From positions 73,517 through 137,516 of the forward strand of contig JAFXHH010000010.1 of assembly GCA_017536475.1 (NCBI GenBank): a stretch of DNA of 64,000 bases, read 5' to 3'. The position numbers and the translations under genes were made by a program. The notes below the pieces were generated by a model. It saw only the letters and a list, made by a program, of their open reading frames with translations, was not told the DNA's origin and ran no database searches. The stretch comes from Clostridia bacterium (GTDB lineage: Bacteria > Bacillota > Clostridia > Oscillospirales > CAG-272). Below, piece by piece: positions 17,648-25,905 of this stretch (its first letter is position 1; the number at the start of each line of letters is the position of its first letter).

Positions 17648-17665
17648 TTTTGACGGGAGAAAATA

Positions 17666-18559
17666 ATGGGTTTTATAGAAATAATTAAGGCGATAATTTT
17701 CGGAGTGATAGAGGGTATAACCGAGTGGTTGCCCGTCAGCTCTACGGGACATCTGATACTTCTCGACGAATTTTTGTCGCTCAACGTGGCGCCCTCGCTT
17801 GACGCTACCTTCGCGGACGAATATATGAGCATGTTCGAGGTGGTCATTCAGCTTGGTGCGATACTTGCCGTTGTCGTGATGTTTTTCGGCAAATTAAATC
17901 CATTTGCGCCGTCGAAAAGTGCTTTGGAAAAGAAGGCTACTTGGGTCTTATGGTTCAAGGTGCTCATCGCGAGCATCCCTGCGGCGTTTGTCGGAATAGT
18001 CGTTGACAAGCTGCTTGAGAATGCGACGGGCAAGGACATTGACGGTTGGATATACAACGCAGTCACGGTTGCCGTTGCTTTGATCGTGTACGGTGTGCTT
18101 TTCATACTTGTTGAGAGGTGGCAGGCGAGAAAAAGCGCGACGGTGTCTTCGGTTGAGGAGATCTCATACGGTCAGGCGATGCTCGTCGGTTGCTTTCAGG
18201 TGCTTTCGATAGTACCCGGCACTTCACGGTCGGGTTCTACTATTCTCGGCGCGAGGACGCTTGGCATATCGCGTTCTGCGGCGGCTGAATTTTCCTTCTT
18301 TATGGGCATACCTGCTATGGCGGGCGCGAGCTTGCTTAAGGGATACGGATTTTTTGACTACGTAAGCGAATCGGGTGTGCAAGTGCCTCCGCTTGCGTGG
18401 GTTGTTTTGGCGGTTGCAAGCGTCGTAGCGTTTGCCGTTTCGATGGTCGCTATCAAATTCTTGATGGAATTCGTCAAGAAGCACAGCTTTGCGCCCTTCG
18501 GAGTATATCGTATCGTGCTTGGTGCGCTCGTTTTGATCTATTTTGTATGCGGATTTTGA
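17666..18559 (+). CDS. uppP: undecaprenyl-diphosphate phosphatase
   Basis: The GVIEGITEWLPVSSTGHLIL and PGTSRSG motifs of BacA/UppP are present. Confidence 0.9.
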   Translation: MGFIEIIKAIIFGVIEGITEWLPVSSTGHLILLDEFLSLNVAPSLDATFADEYMSMFEVVIQLGAILAVVVMFFGKLNPFAPSKSALEKKATWVLWFKVLIASIPAAFVGIVVDKLLENATGKDIDGWIYNAVTVAVALIVYGVLFILVERWQARKSATVSSVEEISYGQAMLVGCFQVLSIVPGTSRSGSTILGARTLGISRSAAAEFSFFMGIPAMAGASLLKGYGFFDYVSESGVQVPPLAWVVLAVASVVAFAVSMVAIKFLMEFVKKHSFAPFGVYRIVLGALVLIYFVCGF

Positions 18560-18562
18560 TAT

Positions 18563-19168
18563 ATGGAAAAATTGAGGATAAATTACCCCATAATAGTTGA
18601 GGGTAAGTATGATAAGATAAAGATACTGTCGGTCGCCGACGCTTGCGTGATACAGACCGACGGTTTCGGGGTATTCAAGAACTCCGAGAGGCTTGCATTG
18701 ATAAGAAAGCTTGCCGAAAAGGACAAGATAATAGTTATGACCGACAGTGACGGTGCGGGCAAGGTCATTCGCTCGCACATCACGTCGGCGATCCCGAAGG
18801 ACAAGCTTATACAACTGTATATTCCGCAGGTCGAGGGCAAGGAGAAGAGAAAGCAGTCGCCGTCGGCGGAGGGGTATCTTGGAGTCGAGGGTACAGAAGC
18901 TGATATTATCCGGCGCTTGCTTGAACCGTTTGCAAGTGACACCCAGCTTCCGTTACGTACGGAGATCAGCAAGGCGGATCTTTACGAGGTTGGGCTCACG
19001 GGGGGCGCTGACAGCGCGCAAAAAAGAGACGATTTTGCAGTCAGCATAGGTCTTCCGCGCGGTATGACGCCTAATGCGCTTTTGGCGGCGCTTAACGTAC
19101 TGATGGGAAGGGAAGAATTCCTTGAGACCGCAAAAACGGCGATTGACGGCTTTTTTAGGCCGCTATGA
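18563..19168 (+). CDS. Toprim-domain protein (RNase M5-like / DUF4093-type)
   Basis: IIVEGKYDKIKL...IIVMTDSDGAGKVIR is a Toprim E...DxD pattern. Confidence 0.6.
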   Translation: MEKLRINYPIIVEGKYDKIKILSVADACVIQTDGFGVFKNSERLALIRKLAEKDKIIVMTDSDGAGKVIRSHITSAIPKDKLIQLYIPQVEGKEKRKQSPSAEGYLGVEGTEADIIRRLLEPFASDTQLPLRTEISKADLYEVGLTGGADSAQKRDDFAVSIGLPRGMTPNALLAALNVLMGREEFLETAKTAIDGFFRPL

Positions 19169-19216
19169 GTTTTTAGCATATAAATACTGAGTTTTAATTG
19201 AAAAACGGAGATCGTT

Positions 19217-19531
19217 ATGGCAGAATTTTTAGAGATCGTGATGATAGTCAGCTTCGGCATATCCTGGCCGATGAACGTGATGAAGTCCTACAAGGCGAGG
19301 ACTACAAAGGGAAAGAGCCTTGCGTTTATCTTGCTTATTTTGTTCGGATACGTTGCGGGAATTACGTCCAAATTCGTTAACGAGAGCTATATGGCTAATA
19401 TCGGGCAGAAATGGTACGTGCTTTTCTTTTACGTTCTGAATTTTATAATGGTCAGCGCCGATCTTTGTCTTTACGTGCGTAATTACAGACTTGATAAACA
19501 AAGAATGATTGAGGAGGAAGTATCTTTATGA
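19217..19531 (+). CDS. small 3-TM membrane protein, possibly PQ-loop/SemiSWEET-like
   Basis: It is 104 aa with three hydrophobic helices and GGAG RBS. Its stop overlaps the next ATG (TTATGA). The family assignment is tentative. Confidence 0.45.
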   Translation: MAEFLEIVMIVSFGISWPMNVMKSYKARTTKGKSLAFILLILFGYVAGITSKFVNESYMANIGQKWYVLFFYVLNFIMVSADLCLYVRNYRLDKQRMIEEEVSL

Positions 19532-20250
19532 ACGTACTTGCAATTGGAAACAGCTTTTCTGAGGACGCGACGAGATATCTGCACGGTATTGCACGCGCAG
19601 ACGGAATGTATACCGAGATAGTCGGTGCGGCTATAGGTGGCTGCTCTTTTGAGTGGCACTATCGCAATATGCTTGCAGATCGCAAGGATTATATGCTTTT
19701 CTTTAACGGATATTATACGGGATTCAAGACATCACTCAAGGAGGCGCTTTTGTCTCGCGAGTGGGACGTTGTCACTATTCAGCAGGTGAGCCATTTGAGC
19801 TTCAAAAAGGACACTTATCAGCCTTACGTTTCCGCGCTTGCCGCGTATATCAGGCAGTATGCTCCCAAGGCAAAGCTTTTACTTCAGCAGACTTGGGCTT
19901 ACGAGGAGGGAACAGACCGTCTTCACAACATTGCGGGATATCAGACGGGCGATGCTATGCTTGCGGATATCAAGAAGGCATACGGCGAGATCTGTGACGA
20001 GGTTGGATTTGACGGCATTATTCCCTCGGGTGAGATGTTTGCAGAGCTTTTGAAGCTTGGTATTCCCAAGGTGCACAGAGACACTTTCCACGCGACGCTT
20101 GGTCTTGGCAGATACGCGCTCGGTCTTTTGTGGTACCGTGTGTTGACGGGCAGAAGCGTTGAAAACAACAGCTTTTGTGACTTTGACGAGCCGATATCTG
20201 CGGAGGAGATCGCAATAGTCAAGAAATACGTGGATTCGGTTGCTCTGTAA
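19528..20250 (+). CDS. DUF4886/SGNH-like hydrolase-fold protein
   Basis: The N-terminal MNVLAIGNSFSEDATRYL is a GNSF block I-like motif, with GAGGAGGA RBS upstream. Confidence 0.55.
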   Translation: MNVLAIGNSFSEDATRYLHGIARADGMYTEIVGAAIGGCSFEWHYRNMLADRKDYMLFFNGYYTGFKTSLKEALLSREWDVVTIQQVSHLSFKKDTYQPYVSALAAYIRQYAPKAKLLLQQTWAYEEGTDRLHNIAGYQTGDAMLADIKKAYGEICDEVGFDGIIPSGEMFAELLKLGIPKVHRDTFHATLGLGRYALGLLWYRVLTGRSVENNSFCDFDEPISAEEIAIVKKYVDSVAL

Positions 20251-20304
20251 GGAGCTTTGAAATGTAAAGAGAGGCAATGCCCACGAAAATTTGGGCGTTG
20301 CCTC

Positions 20305-20570
20305 TTTGGCATCGGATTTGATTTCTTGGATGAGGGAAGCAAAAAGACCCATCCGGCGACGTTTTGCGTAGCAAAACTCGGTGAGTGAGCGATAGCGAAC
20401 GTAAGAATCTGAACCTTTGCACAAAATTTGCAAGCAAATTTTGGCGTCGGATCCGATTCCTCAGATGAGGGAAGCAAAAAGGCCCATCCGGGAATCTGAA
20501 CCTTTACGCAAAAATCACAAGTGATTTTTGGTGTCGGATTCGATCCCTCGGATGAGGGAAACAAAAAAGG
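20305..20570. repeat. three degenerate tandem units downstream of tRNA-Glu, two of which carry partial copies of the tRNA 3' end
   Basis: The core ttggYRtcggatNNgatNNctNNgatgagggaaRcaaaaa starts at 20305, 20440 and 20528. The tRNA-like piece cccatccgggaatctgaacc is at 20481-20502, and a split copy is at 20346-20356 plus 20405-20415. Perfect 10-bp hairpins lie between units. Confidence 0.85.
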
Positions 20571-20606
20571 AAACGTCCGAACTTTGTGTTCGGACGTTTC
20601 CTTTTT
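20563..20606. terminator. terminator immediately 3' of tRNA-Glu (bidirectional shape)
   Basis: ggaaacgtccgaac-tttgt-gttcggacgtttcc is flanked by A6 and T6. Confidence 0.85.
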
Positions 20607-20681
20607 TGGTGACCCATCCGGGAATCGAACCCGAGTTTCCAGCGTGAGAGGCTAGCGTCTTAACCGCTTGACCAATGGGCC
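20607..20681 (-). tRNA. tRNA-Glu (anticodon CUC), CCA encoded
   Basis: The minus strand reads GGCCCAT TG GTC AAGCGGTTAA GAC G CTAGC CTCTCAC GCTGG AAAC TCGGG TTCGATT CCCGG ATGGGTC A CCA. The layout is close to typical bacterial tRNA-Glu. Confidence 0.9.
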
Positions 20682-20700
20682 GTATCTTGACGACTTGAAT

Positions 20701-20729
20701 ATTATAGCACACTTTTTTTGAAAATGCAA
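20701..20729 (-). promoter_or_regulatory. sigma-A-type promoter for tRNA-Glu
   Basis: The minus strand reads TTGCAT-17 nt-TATAAT, ending about 20 nt before the tRNA 5' end. Confidence 0.7.
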
Positions 20730-20797
20730 GAGGTTTTTGAAAAAAAGTTTAAAAAATTTTTTAAAATTTTGAAAAAAGATGAAAAAACCTCTTGCAT
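20724..20797 (-). terminator. long AT-loop hairpin abutting the PPTase stop codon (putative terminator of hprK-PPTase)
   Basis: The 15-bp arms atgcaagaggttttt / aaaaacctcttgcat enclose a ~44-nt A/T loop. The left arm contains the tRNA-Glu -35 element. Confidence 0.5.
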
Positions 20798-21453
20798 TAC
20801 GTCGAACAAGTGAATATAATTGTCGATAAATCCCTTTTGGTACAAAGGGTTACGGGGATATTGCCAAATGAGAATCGGTGCAGAGAAACATTTTGAGTTT
20901 CTTGCATATTTTTACTGTTTGAGCCTGTTTTTTTCTCGTTTTCGAGAAATTCAGCAAGGTTTACACCGAAAAATTTGGATTTTGCCTCTTTTTCGCTCCA
21001 AAGGCGAGCAAACCCGGACGGGTCGTCTTCGACCGCTTTTTTGTCGGCATCATTAAAAAATCTTTCGGCTATTTTTTTTACGCGGTCATCGGGGAGCAGG
21101 GCTGATTCGATATCAACGCCTACCTCCTCCGAGTCCGAGAGCGCGCAAGCGACGAAGCCGCGAGAATGAGAAAGGTTGAATTTCAGCGGCGAATTAAGAA
21201 AATAGGGCTTGCCGCGCTCTCCTCGTGCCAACACTAACGCCGAGGTATCTATCGGAACGGGCAACAGAGCAGTCATATCGCAAAGCAGGTTCAAGGCGAA
21301 CAAGCTTTCACAAGCCGAAAGTTCGTTGTTCTTTTGCTCCAACGCGCTTATATATTCGTCGTTCGCTTTGTTCGGCAGCTTGGCTCGGACGAGCGCGGCG
21401 AGCTCTTTTTTGTCGATCTCTTCGGGGAGCTTTGAGCACGAAAGCAATATCAT
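20797..21453 (-). CDS. 4'-phosphopantetheinyl transferase (Sfp-type)
   Basis: GKPYF...FNLSHSRGFVACALS...VGVDIE and WSEKEAKSK motifs are present. Confidence 0.75.
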   Translation of the reverse strand: MILLSCSKLPEEIDKKELAALVRAKLPNKANDEYISALEQKNNELSACESLFALNLLCDMTALLPVPIDTSALVLARGERGKPYFLNSPLKFNLSHSRGFVACALSDSEEVGVDIESALLPDDRVKKIAERFFNDADKKAVEDDPSGFARLWSEKEAKSKFFGVNLAEFLENEKKTGSNSKNMQETQNVSLHRFSFGNIPVTLCTKRDLSTIIFTCST

Positions 21454-22385
21454 CCGAAGACTCCCATCTGCTCCATAAGTCTCTTGTTGAATTCCTCGGC
21501 GGTATTGTATCCCATACGCTTCTGGCGGTTGTTCATCGCGGCGATCTCAAGAATGATGGCGAGGTTTCGTCCGGGCTGGACGGGGATAGTCAGAGAGGAG
21601 ATTTGGTTTCCGAGGATCTCGACCTTTTCGTCGTCAAGTCCGAGTCTGTCGTACATTTTGCCCTGAACCCACGGCTCGAGGTTTATAACGAGGTCAATCT
21701 TCTCGGTCTCCTTGACCGCGCCCATACCGAAAAGACGGCAGACGTCAACTATACCGATGCCGCGAAGCTCGATATAGTGGCGAATTATCTCGGGAGCAGA
21801 GCCAACGAGGGTCTTGTGCGATACCTTCTTGATCTCTACCGCGTCGTCTGCGATAAGTCTGTGACCTCGCTTGACAAGCTCGATGGCGGTCTCACTCTTT
21901 CCGACTCCGCTGTCGCCAAGTATCAGCATACCTTCGCCGTAGACCTCGACCAAAACTCCGTGGCGCGTTACGCGGGGAGCAAGGTGGGTGTTCAGCGAGC
22001 TGATGAGTGCAGCCATGAACGGACTGGTGGTCTCCTTGGTTCGAAGGACGGGAATGCCGTACTCCTTGGCATACTCCTTGAGCTCGTCGAAAACGTCAAG
22101 CTCGGAGGTGAATATGATAGCGCGAGGCTTGGCGCTTACGTAGTCTTTTATTTTTTTGTTTCTGTCCTCGTCGTCGAGATTGCTCAGATAAAGGTGCTCG
22201 GCGCGTCCGATGATGCTCAGACGGGCTTGGTCAAATATTTCGTAAAATCCAGAAAGTGCAAGACCGGGGCGGTTGACCTCGGGGGTGTCTATTAATATTT
22301 CGTCGTAATTTGCGGGAGTAATGATCTTTTCAAGACCGAATTCCTCGGCGATCTTATAAAGAGGGATAGTGTATTCAGCGCTCAT
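21450..22385 (-). CDS. hprK: HPr kinase/phosphorylase
   Basis: It has the Walker A region LILGDSGVGKSETAIELVKRGHRLIADD and the signature IELRGIGIVDV. The ATG at 22385 has GGAG upstream, and the stop overlaps the PPTase start. Confidence 0.9.
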   Translation of the reverse strand: MSAEYTIPLYKIAEEFGLEKIITPANYDEILIDTPEVNRPGLALSGFYEIFDQARLSIIGRAEHLYLSNLDDEDRNKKIKDYVSAKPRAIIFTSELDVFDELKEYAKEYGIPVLRTKETTSPFMAALISSLNTHLAPRVTRHGVLVEVYGEGMLILGDSGVGKSETAIELVKRGHRLIADDAVEIKKVSHKTLVGSAPEIIRHYIELRGIGIVDVCRLFGMGAVKETEKIDLVINLEPWVQGKMYDRLGLDDEKVEILGNQISSLTIPVQPGRNLAIILEIAAMNNRQKRMGYNTAEEFNKRLMEQMGVFG

Positions 22386-22603
22386 TGTTATCTCCGTTCT
22401 GCGCGTAGCGCGATTTTTTGATGGATTACAAGATAAGTATAACATAAAAATTCGATTTTGCATAGTCTTTTTTGAAATATCATCAAAAAAAGGCTCATAA
22501 TTCATAAAACATTCACAATGATATTGTATAATAAAACATTATAATGGGTTATTGTACCGTTCTTTGACTTGATTTGATGATTTTATGAAATTCGGAGAAG
22601 ATT

Positions 22604-23773
22604 ATGGCTAAAAACAGCAATAGTATTAAAAAAATTTCGGTAACGGAAAACAAAAACACAAAACCGACTAAACAGAAGAAGATCGCGGCGGCTGTCATCA
22701 TCACGGGAATAGTCTGCACGGTCGTGTTTGCCGTGATAATGTTGGTGTCTTATTTCAACTCGGTTCGTCCTATCAAGAGCACCGAGGAGGAGTCTCGCGT
22801 AGTTGGAGAGTGCGGCGGATTTGAGGTCAAATACGAGGAGCTGCGCTACGTTACGCTTCTTTATAAGCAGGCGCTTGACTTAAGACTTGGTAAATACGAT
22901 ACGCTTGACAGTGCAGGCAAGGCTGAATATGAATCCCAGCTTGAAGCTCTCGTGCTTGACGATCTCAAGAGCAACTATATAATTCTCGCGCTGTGTGATG
23001 AATACGACATCAAGACCGATTCGCGCAAGGTGAAAAATTACGTAAACGATGAGATGGAAAAGTTTGTTGAAGCTACGTTTGACGGTGATATGGACGAATA
23101 CAAGGATTGGCTTGCGAAAAACAATCTGACCGACAGTTTCGTCAGACTCATATATAAGGTCGATTATCTCGAGTCGCAGCTTCTTGAGCATTTTATAAAG
23201 AACAAGATCGGGATTGAGTATGACGAATACTCGCTGGAGGCGTTCGCGGAGCACATTATGGAGAGCAATGATTGGGCAAAGGCAACCTATGCTTACTATC
23301 CCAAGACCTCAGTCACGACCACTTATAAAGGGCAGGTCTACACGATATGGGATGCTAAAAACAGTCTTTCTACAGCAGAGTCTGCCGCAGAAGCGCTTGC
23401 GGCAATAAGCAGTGACGCGGAGAGATTTACTTATATGAACAAGAGCGTTATTGGAAAGGCGCCTATGGTTCAGGGCTATTCGATCACGGGAACGGGAGTT
23501 TATTTCACGGTCGGACAGATGGGCGAGGAGTTTGAATCTGCCACGTTTGCACTTGATCTTTACGGTACGAGTGACGTGATCGAGTTTGAGGACGGATATT
23601 ACGTTATTATGAGACTTCCTCTTGAGGAGGACGAGGTCAAGAAGCAAGCCGCAGAGCTGTTGTCATATTATAGGTACGGTGCGCTTAAAAAGTGCGAGGA
23701 CGCCAAGGAAGCCGAGATAAGCTTCATTGGAAATGAATATTTTGACGGGCTGTCGCTTATCGACATTGAATAA
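22604..23773 (+). CDS. membrane-anchored protein with SurA-N/parvulin-like (PrsA-like foldase) features
   Basis: It has an N-terminal TM anchor, and the C-terminal FESATFALDLYGTSDVIEFEDGYYVIMRL resembles a degenerate PPIC domain. The assignment is tentative. Confidence 0.45.
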   Translation: MAKNSNSIKKISVTENKNTKPTKQKKIAAAVIITGIVCTVVFAVIMLVSYFNSVRPIKSTEEESRVVGECGGFEVKYEELRYVTLLYKQALDLRLGKYDTLDSAGKAEYESQLEALVLDDLKSNYIILALCDEYDIKTDSRKVKNYVNDEMEKFVEATFDGDMDEYKDWLAKNNLTDSFVRLIYKVDYLESQLLEHFIKNKIGIEYDEYSLEAFAEHIMESNDWAKATYAYYPKTSVTTTYKGQVYTIWDAKNSLSTAESAAEALAAISSDAERFTYMNKSVIGKAPMVQGYSITGTGVYFTVGQMGEEFESATFALDLYGTSDVIEFEDGYYVIMRLPLEEDEVKKQAAELLSYYRYGALKKCEDAKEAEISFIGNEYFDGLSLIDIE

Positions 23774-23806
23774 TCTATAAAAATTTATACAGAGGAGGGC
23801 AGACGC

Positions 23807-24745
23807 ATGGCTCGTGTACGTAGAAGAAGCAGATATTCGCGCAGAACGGTTTTGAACCGAGACCGTTCGCGTTCGTGGATCTATATCTTTGCGATCACGG
23901 TGTTCGTCGTGCTTTGCCTGACTATCTCCGTTGGGGTGGGACTTTTGCTAGCCAAGCAGGCGGAGAAGCATGAGAATTCTCCCAAATACGATTTTGATCC
24001 AAAGCCGTATTATTCGGGGGACAAGGTCGTCAAACCCGTCAACGCGCGTCCCTACTTGTTCGGAGATTACGCGGGGCTGCTTACGGGAGTCGGCATTACA
24101 GATTTTTCGGTTTGCTTGCGTTATTCAAACGGAGCTCTCACGTACGATACAGAATACGACGTTAATTTTGGAGAACAGGTACAAGAGGGAGTTAGTGAGC
24201 TTTCAAAATACACGACCTATATTCATGAAAACGGTGGATACGTTTGCGCGTATTTTTATGTGACCTCGTTTGGCGTTGAGGACGAATATTTGCGTGAGAT
24301 ATACAAGGCTTATGAGCTTGCGCTTATCAGCGAGGCGGCTCGCGGCGGAGCTGACGAGATCATGCTTGTTGGTATTGACGTCACCGAAGACAATATTGAC
24401 GAGATCGAAAGATTCGTTAGTGATGCTTCGTGTTCTGCGGATGCTTCGCCGCTTGGAGTTCTCGTTTCTCCCAAGACCTTTAAGCTTACCGAGGATGGCA
24501 TATATCACGCGGCGAGGCTGAGATCGGTGTGCGATTTCGTTGCGCTTGATCTGAGAGATCTTCCCGACGATGCCGATGAGGTAGCGATCGAGGGCGAGGC
24601 AAGCTTGCTTGACTCGGCGTTGGGAGATATGGAATACTATATCTCGTCTTATTCTATGAGGATAGTTTTCTCCGAGAAGAATTCATCGCTTTGCGACGCG
24701 GCGATCGCGCTTGGAGTCGAAAATATACAGATAATTGGCGAATGA
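23807..24745 (+). CDS. membrane-anchored protein of unknown function (312 aa)
   Basis: It has an Arg-rich N-terminus followed by one TM helix, and GAGGAGGG RBS. I recognise no family. Confidence 0.45.
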   Translation: MARVRRRSRYSRRTVLNRDRSRSWIYIFAITVFVVLCLTISVGVGLLLAKQAEKHENSPKYDFDPKPYYSGDKVVKPVNARPYLFGDYAGLLTGVGITDFSVCLRYSNGALTYDTEYDVNFGEQVQEGVSELSKYTTYIHENGGYVCAYFYVTSFGVEDEYLREIYKAYELALISEAARGGADEIMLVGIDVTEDNIDEIERFVSDASCSADASPLGVLVSPKTFKLTEDGIYHAARLRSVCDFVALDLRDLPDDADEVAIEGEASLLDSALGDMEYYISSYSMRIVFSEKNSSLCDAAIALGVENIQIIGE

Positions 24746-24903
24746 GGCTCGCTATTGGCGAATTTTTAAAAATTTTTATTAAAAATAACGCAAAAAAAGA
24801 TATTTTGTTTTTTTGAGCGTATATTAATATTGCGTGGGTGATTTTTCGCGGCACGACTAATTTGAAGGGAGAGTACGACGTGAGACATAAATTTGATAAA
24901 GAT

Positions 24904-25905
24904 ATGTGTGAAATATTTACAGAGCGTGAAAAAATGACGTTTTCTCGGTATGCTTTCCTGACCGCCAACACTAAGGGAAGAGAGCGTCCTTACGTTCCTT
25001 GCACTATACGCACCGAGTTTCAAAGGGACAGAGATAAGATAATTCATTCGCAGTCCTTCAGAAGACTTATGAATAAAACGCAGGTGTTTCTTGCTCCCGC
25101 GGGAGATCATTACCGCACCAGACTTACGCACACGCTCGAGGTAACTCAGATCGCGAGAATTATTGCACGAGCGCTCCGTCTTAACGAGGACCTTACCGAA
25201 GCGGCGGCGCTTGGCCACGATCTTGGGCACACTCCCTTCGGGCACGCGGGAGAGTCTGCGCTCCAAGAGTGCTTTGATCCGAATTTTACGCACTACAGGC
25301 AGAGCTTGCGTGTGGTCGACGTACTCGAAAACGACGGCGAGGGACTTAATCTCACCTGGGAGGTCCGCAACGGTATCGTCAATCACACGGGCAAGCATAT
25401 GGCTGCCACGCTTGAGGGTGTTATAGTTAAATACGCCGACAGAATAGCTTACATAAATCACGATATAGACGACGCTTGCCGCGCGGGCGTTCTCAAGAAA
25501 GAGGATATCCCGAAGCAGATCACCGATGTGCTCGGTCAGGATCACAGCGAGCGAATAAACAATATGGTAACCTCGATCATCGAGACCAGCTACGACAAGC
25601 CGTACATCATGATGAGTCAGGACGTGGGGCAGGCTACCAACGATCTGCGCGATTTCCTTTTTGAGAACGTATATCTCAATCCTATCGCAAAGGGAGAAGA
25701 GGCGAAGGCGCGCGAGCTGCTCATCAAGCTGTTTGAATATTACGTTAAAAATCCCGATAAGCTTCCGGGTCTTTACCATAAAAATCTGGAGAATGAGTCT
25801 GTTGAGAGGTGCGTTTGCGATTTCGTGTCGGGTATGACCGACAGATACGCGATCGAGACCTATAACGACATCTTCGTTCCAAAGGTCTGGAGGGGTCACG
25901 CATGA
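24904..25905 (+). CDS. dGTPase-like HD-domain triphosphohydrolase
   Basis: RTEFQRDRDKIIHSQSFRRL, RTRLTHTLEV and HDLGHTPFGH motifs are present. The start is uncertain (24838 GTG, 24904 ATG or 24934 ATG). The stop overlaps the dnaG ATG. Confidence 0.8.
   Translation: MCEIFTEREKMTFSRYAFLTANTKGRERPYVPCTIRTEFQRDRDKIIHSQSFRRLMNKTQVFLAPAGDHYRTRLTHTLEVTQIARIIARALRLNEDLTEAAALGHDLGHTPFGHAGESALQECFDPNFTHYRQSLRVVDVLENDGEGLNLTWEVRNGIVNHTGKHMAATLEGVIVKYADRIAYINHDIDDACRAGVLKKEDIPKQITDVLGQDHSERINNMVTSIIETSYDKPYIMMSQDVGQATNDLRDFLFENVYLNPIAKGEEAKARELLIKLFEYYVKNPDKLPGLYHKNLENESVERCVCDFVSGMTDRYAIETYNDIFVPKVWRGHA

Noticed and set aside
20440-20480. A hammerhead-like CUGAUGA core appears in the repeat units (cagatgaggg / cggatgaggg).
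   Set aside because: The invariant U of CUGAUGA is replaced (CAGAUGA or CGGAUGA). No matching GAAA or stem III cleavage-site arrangement could be drawn.
20305-20570. The tandem repeats downstream of tRNA-Glu could be a CRISPR array.
   Set aside because: The units are degenerate, and the period is irregular (88-135 nt). The spacers are themselves related hairpins and tRNA fragments, and no cas genes or leader are present.
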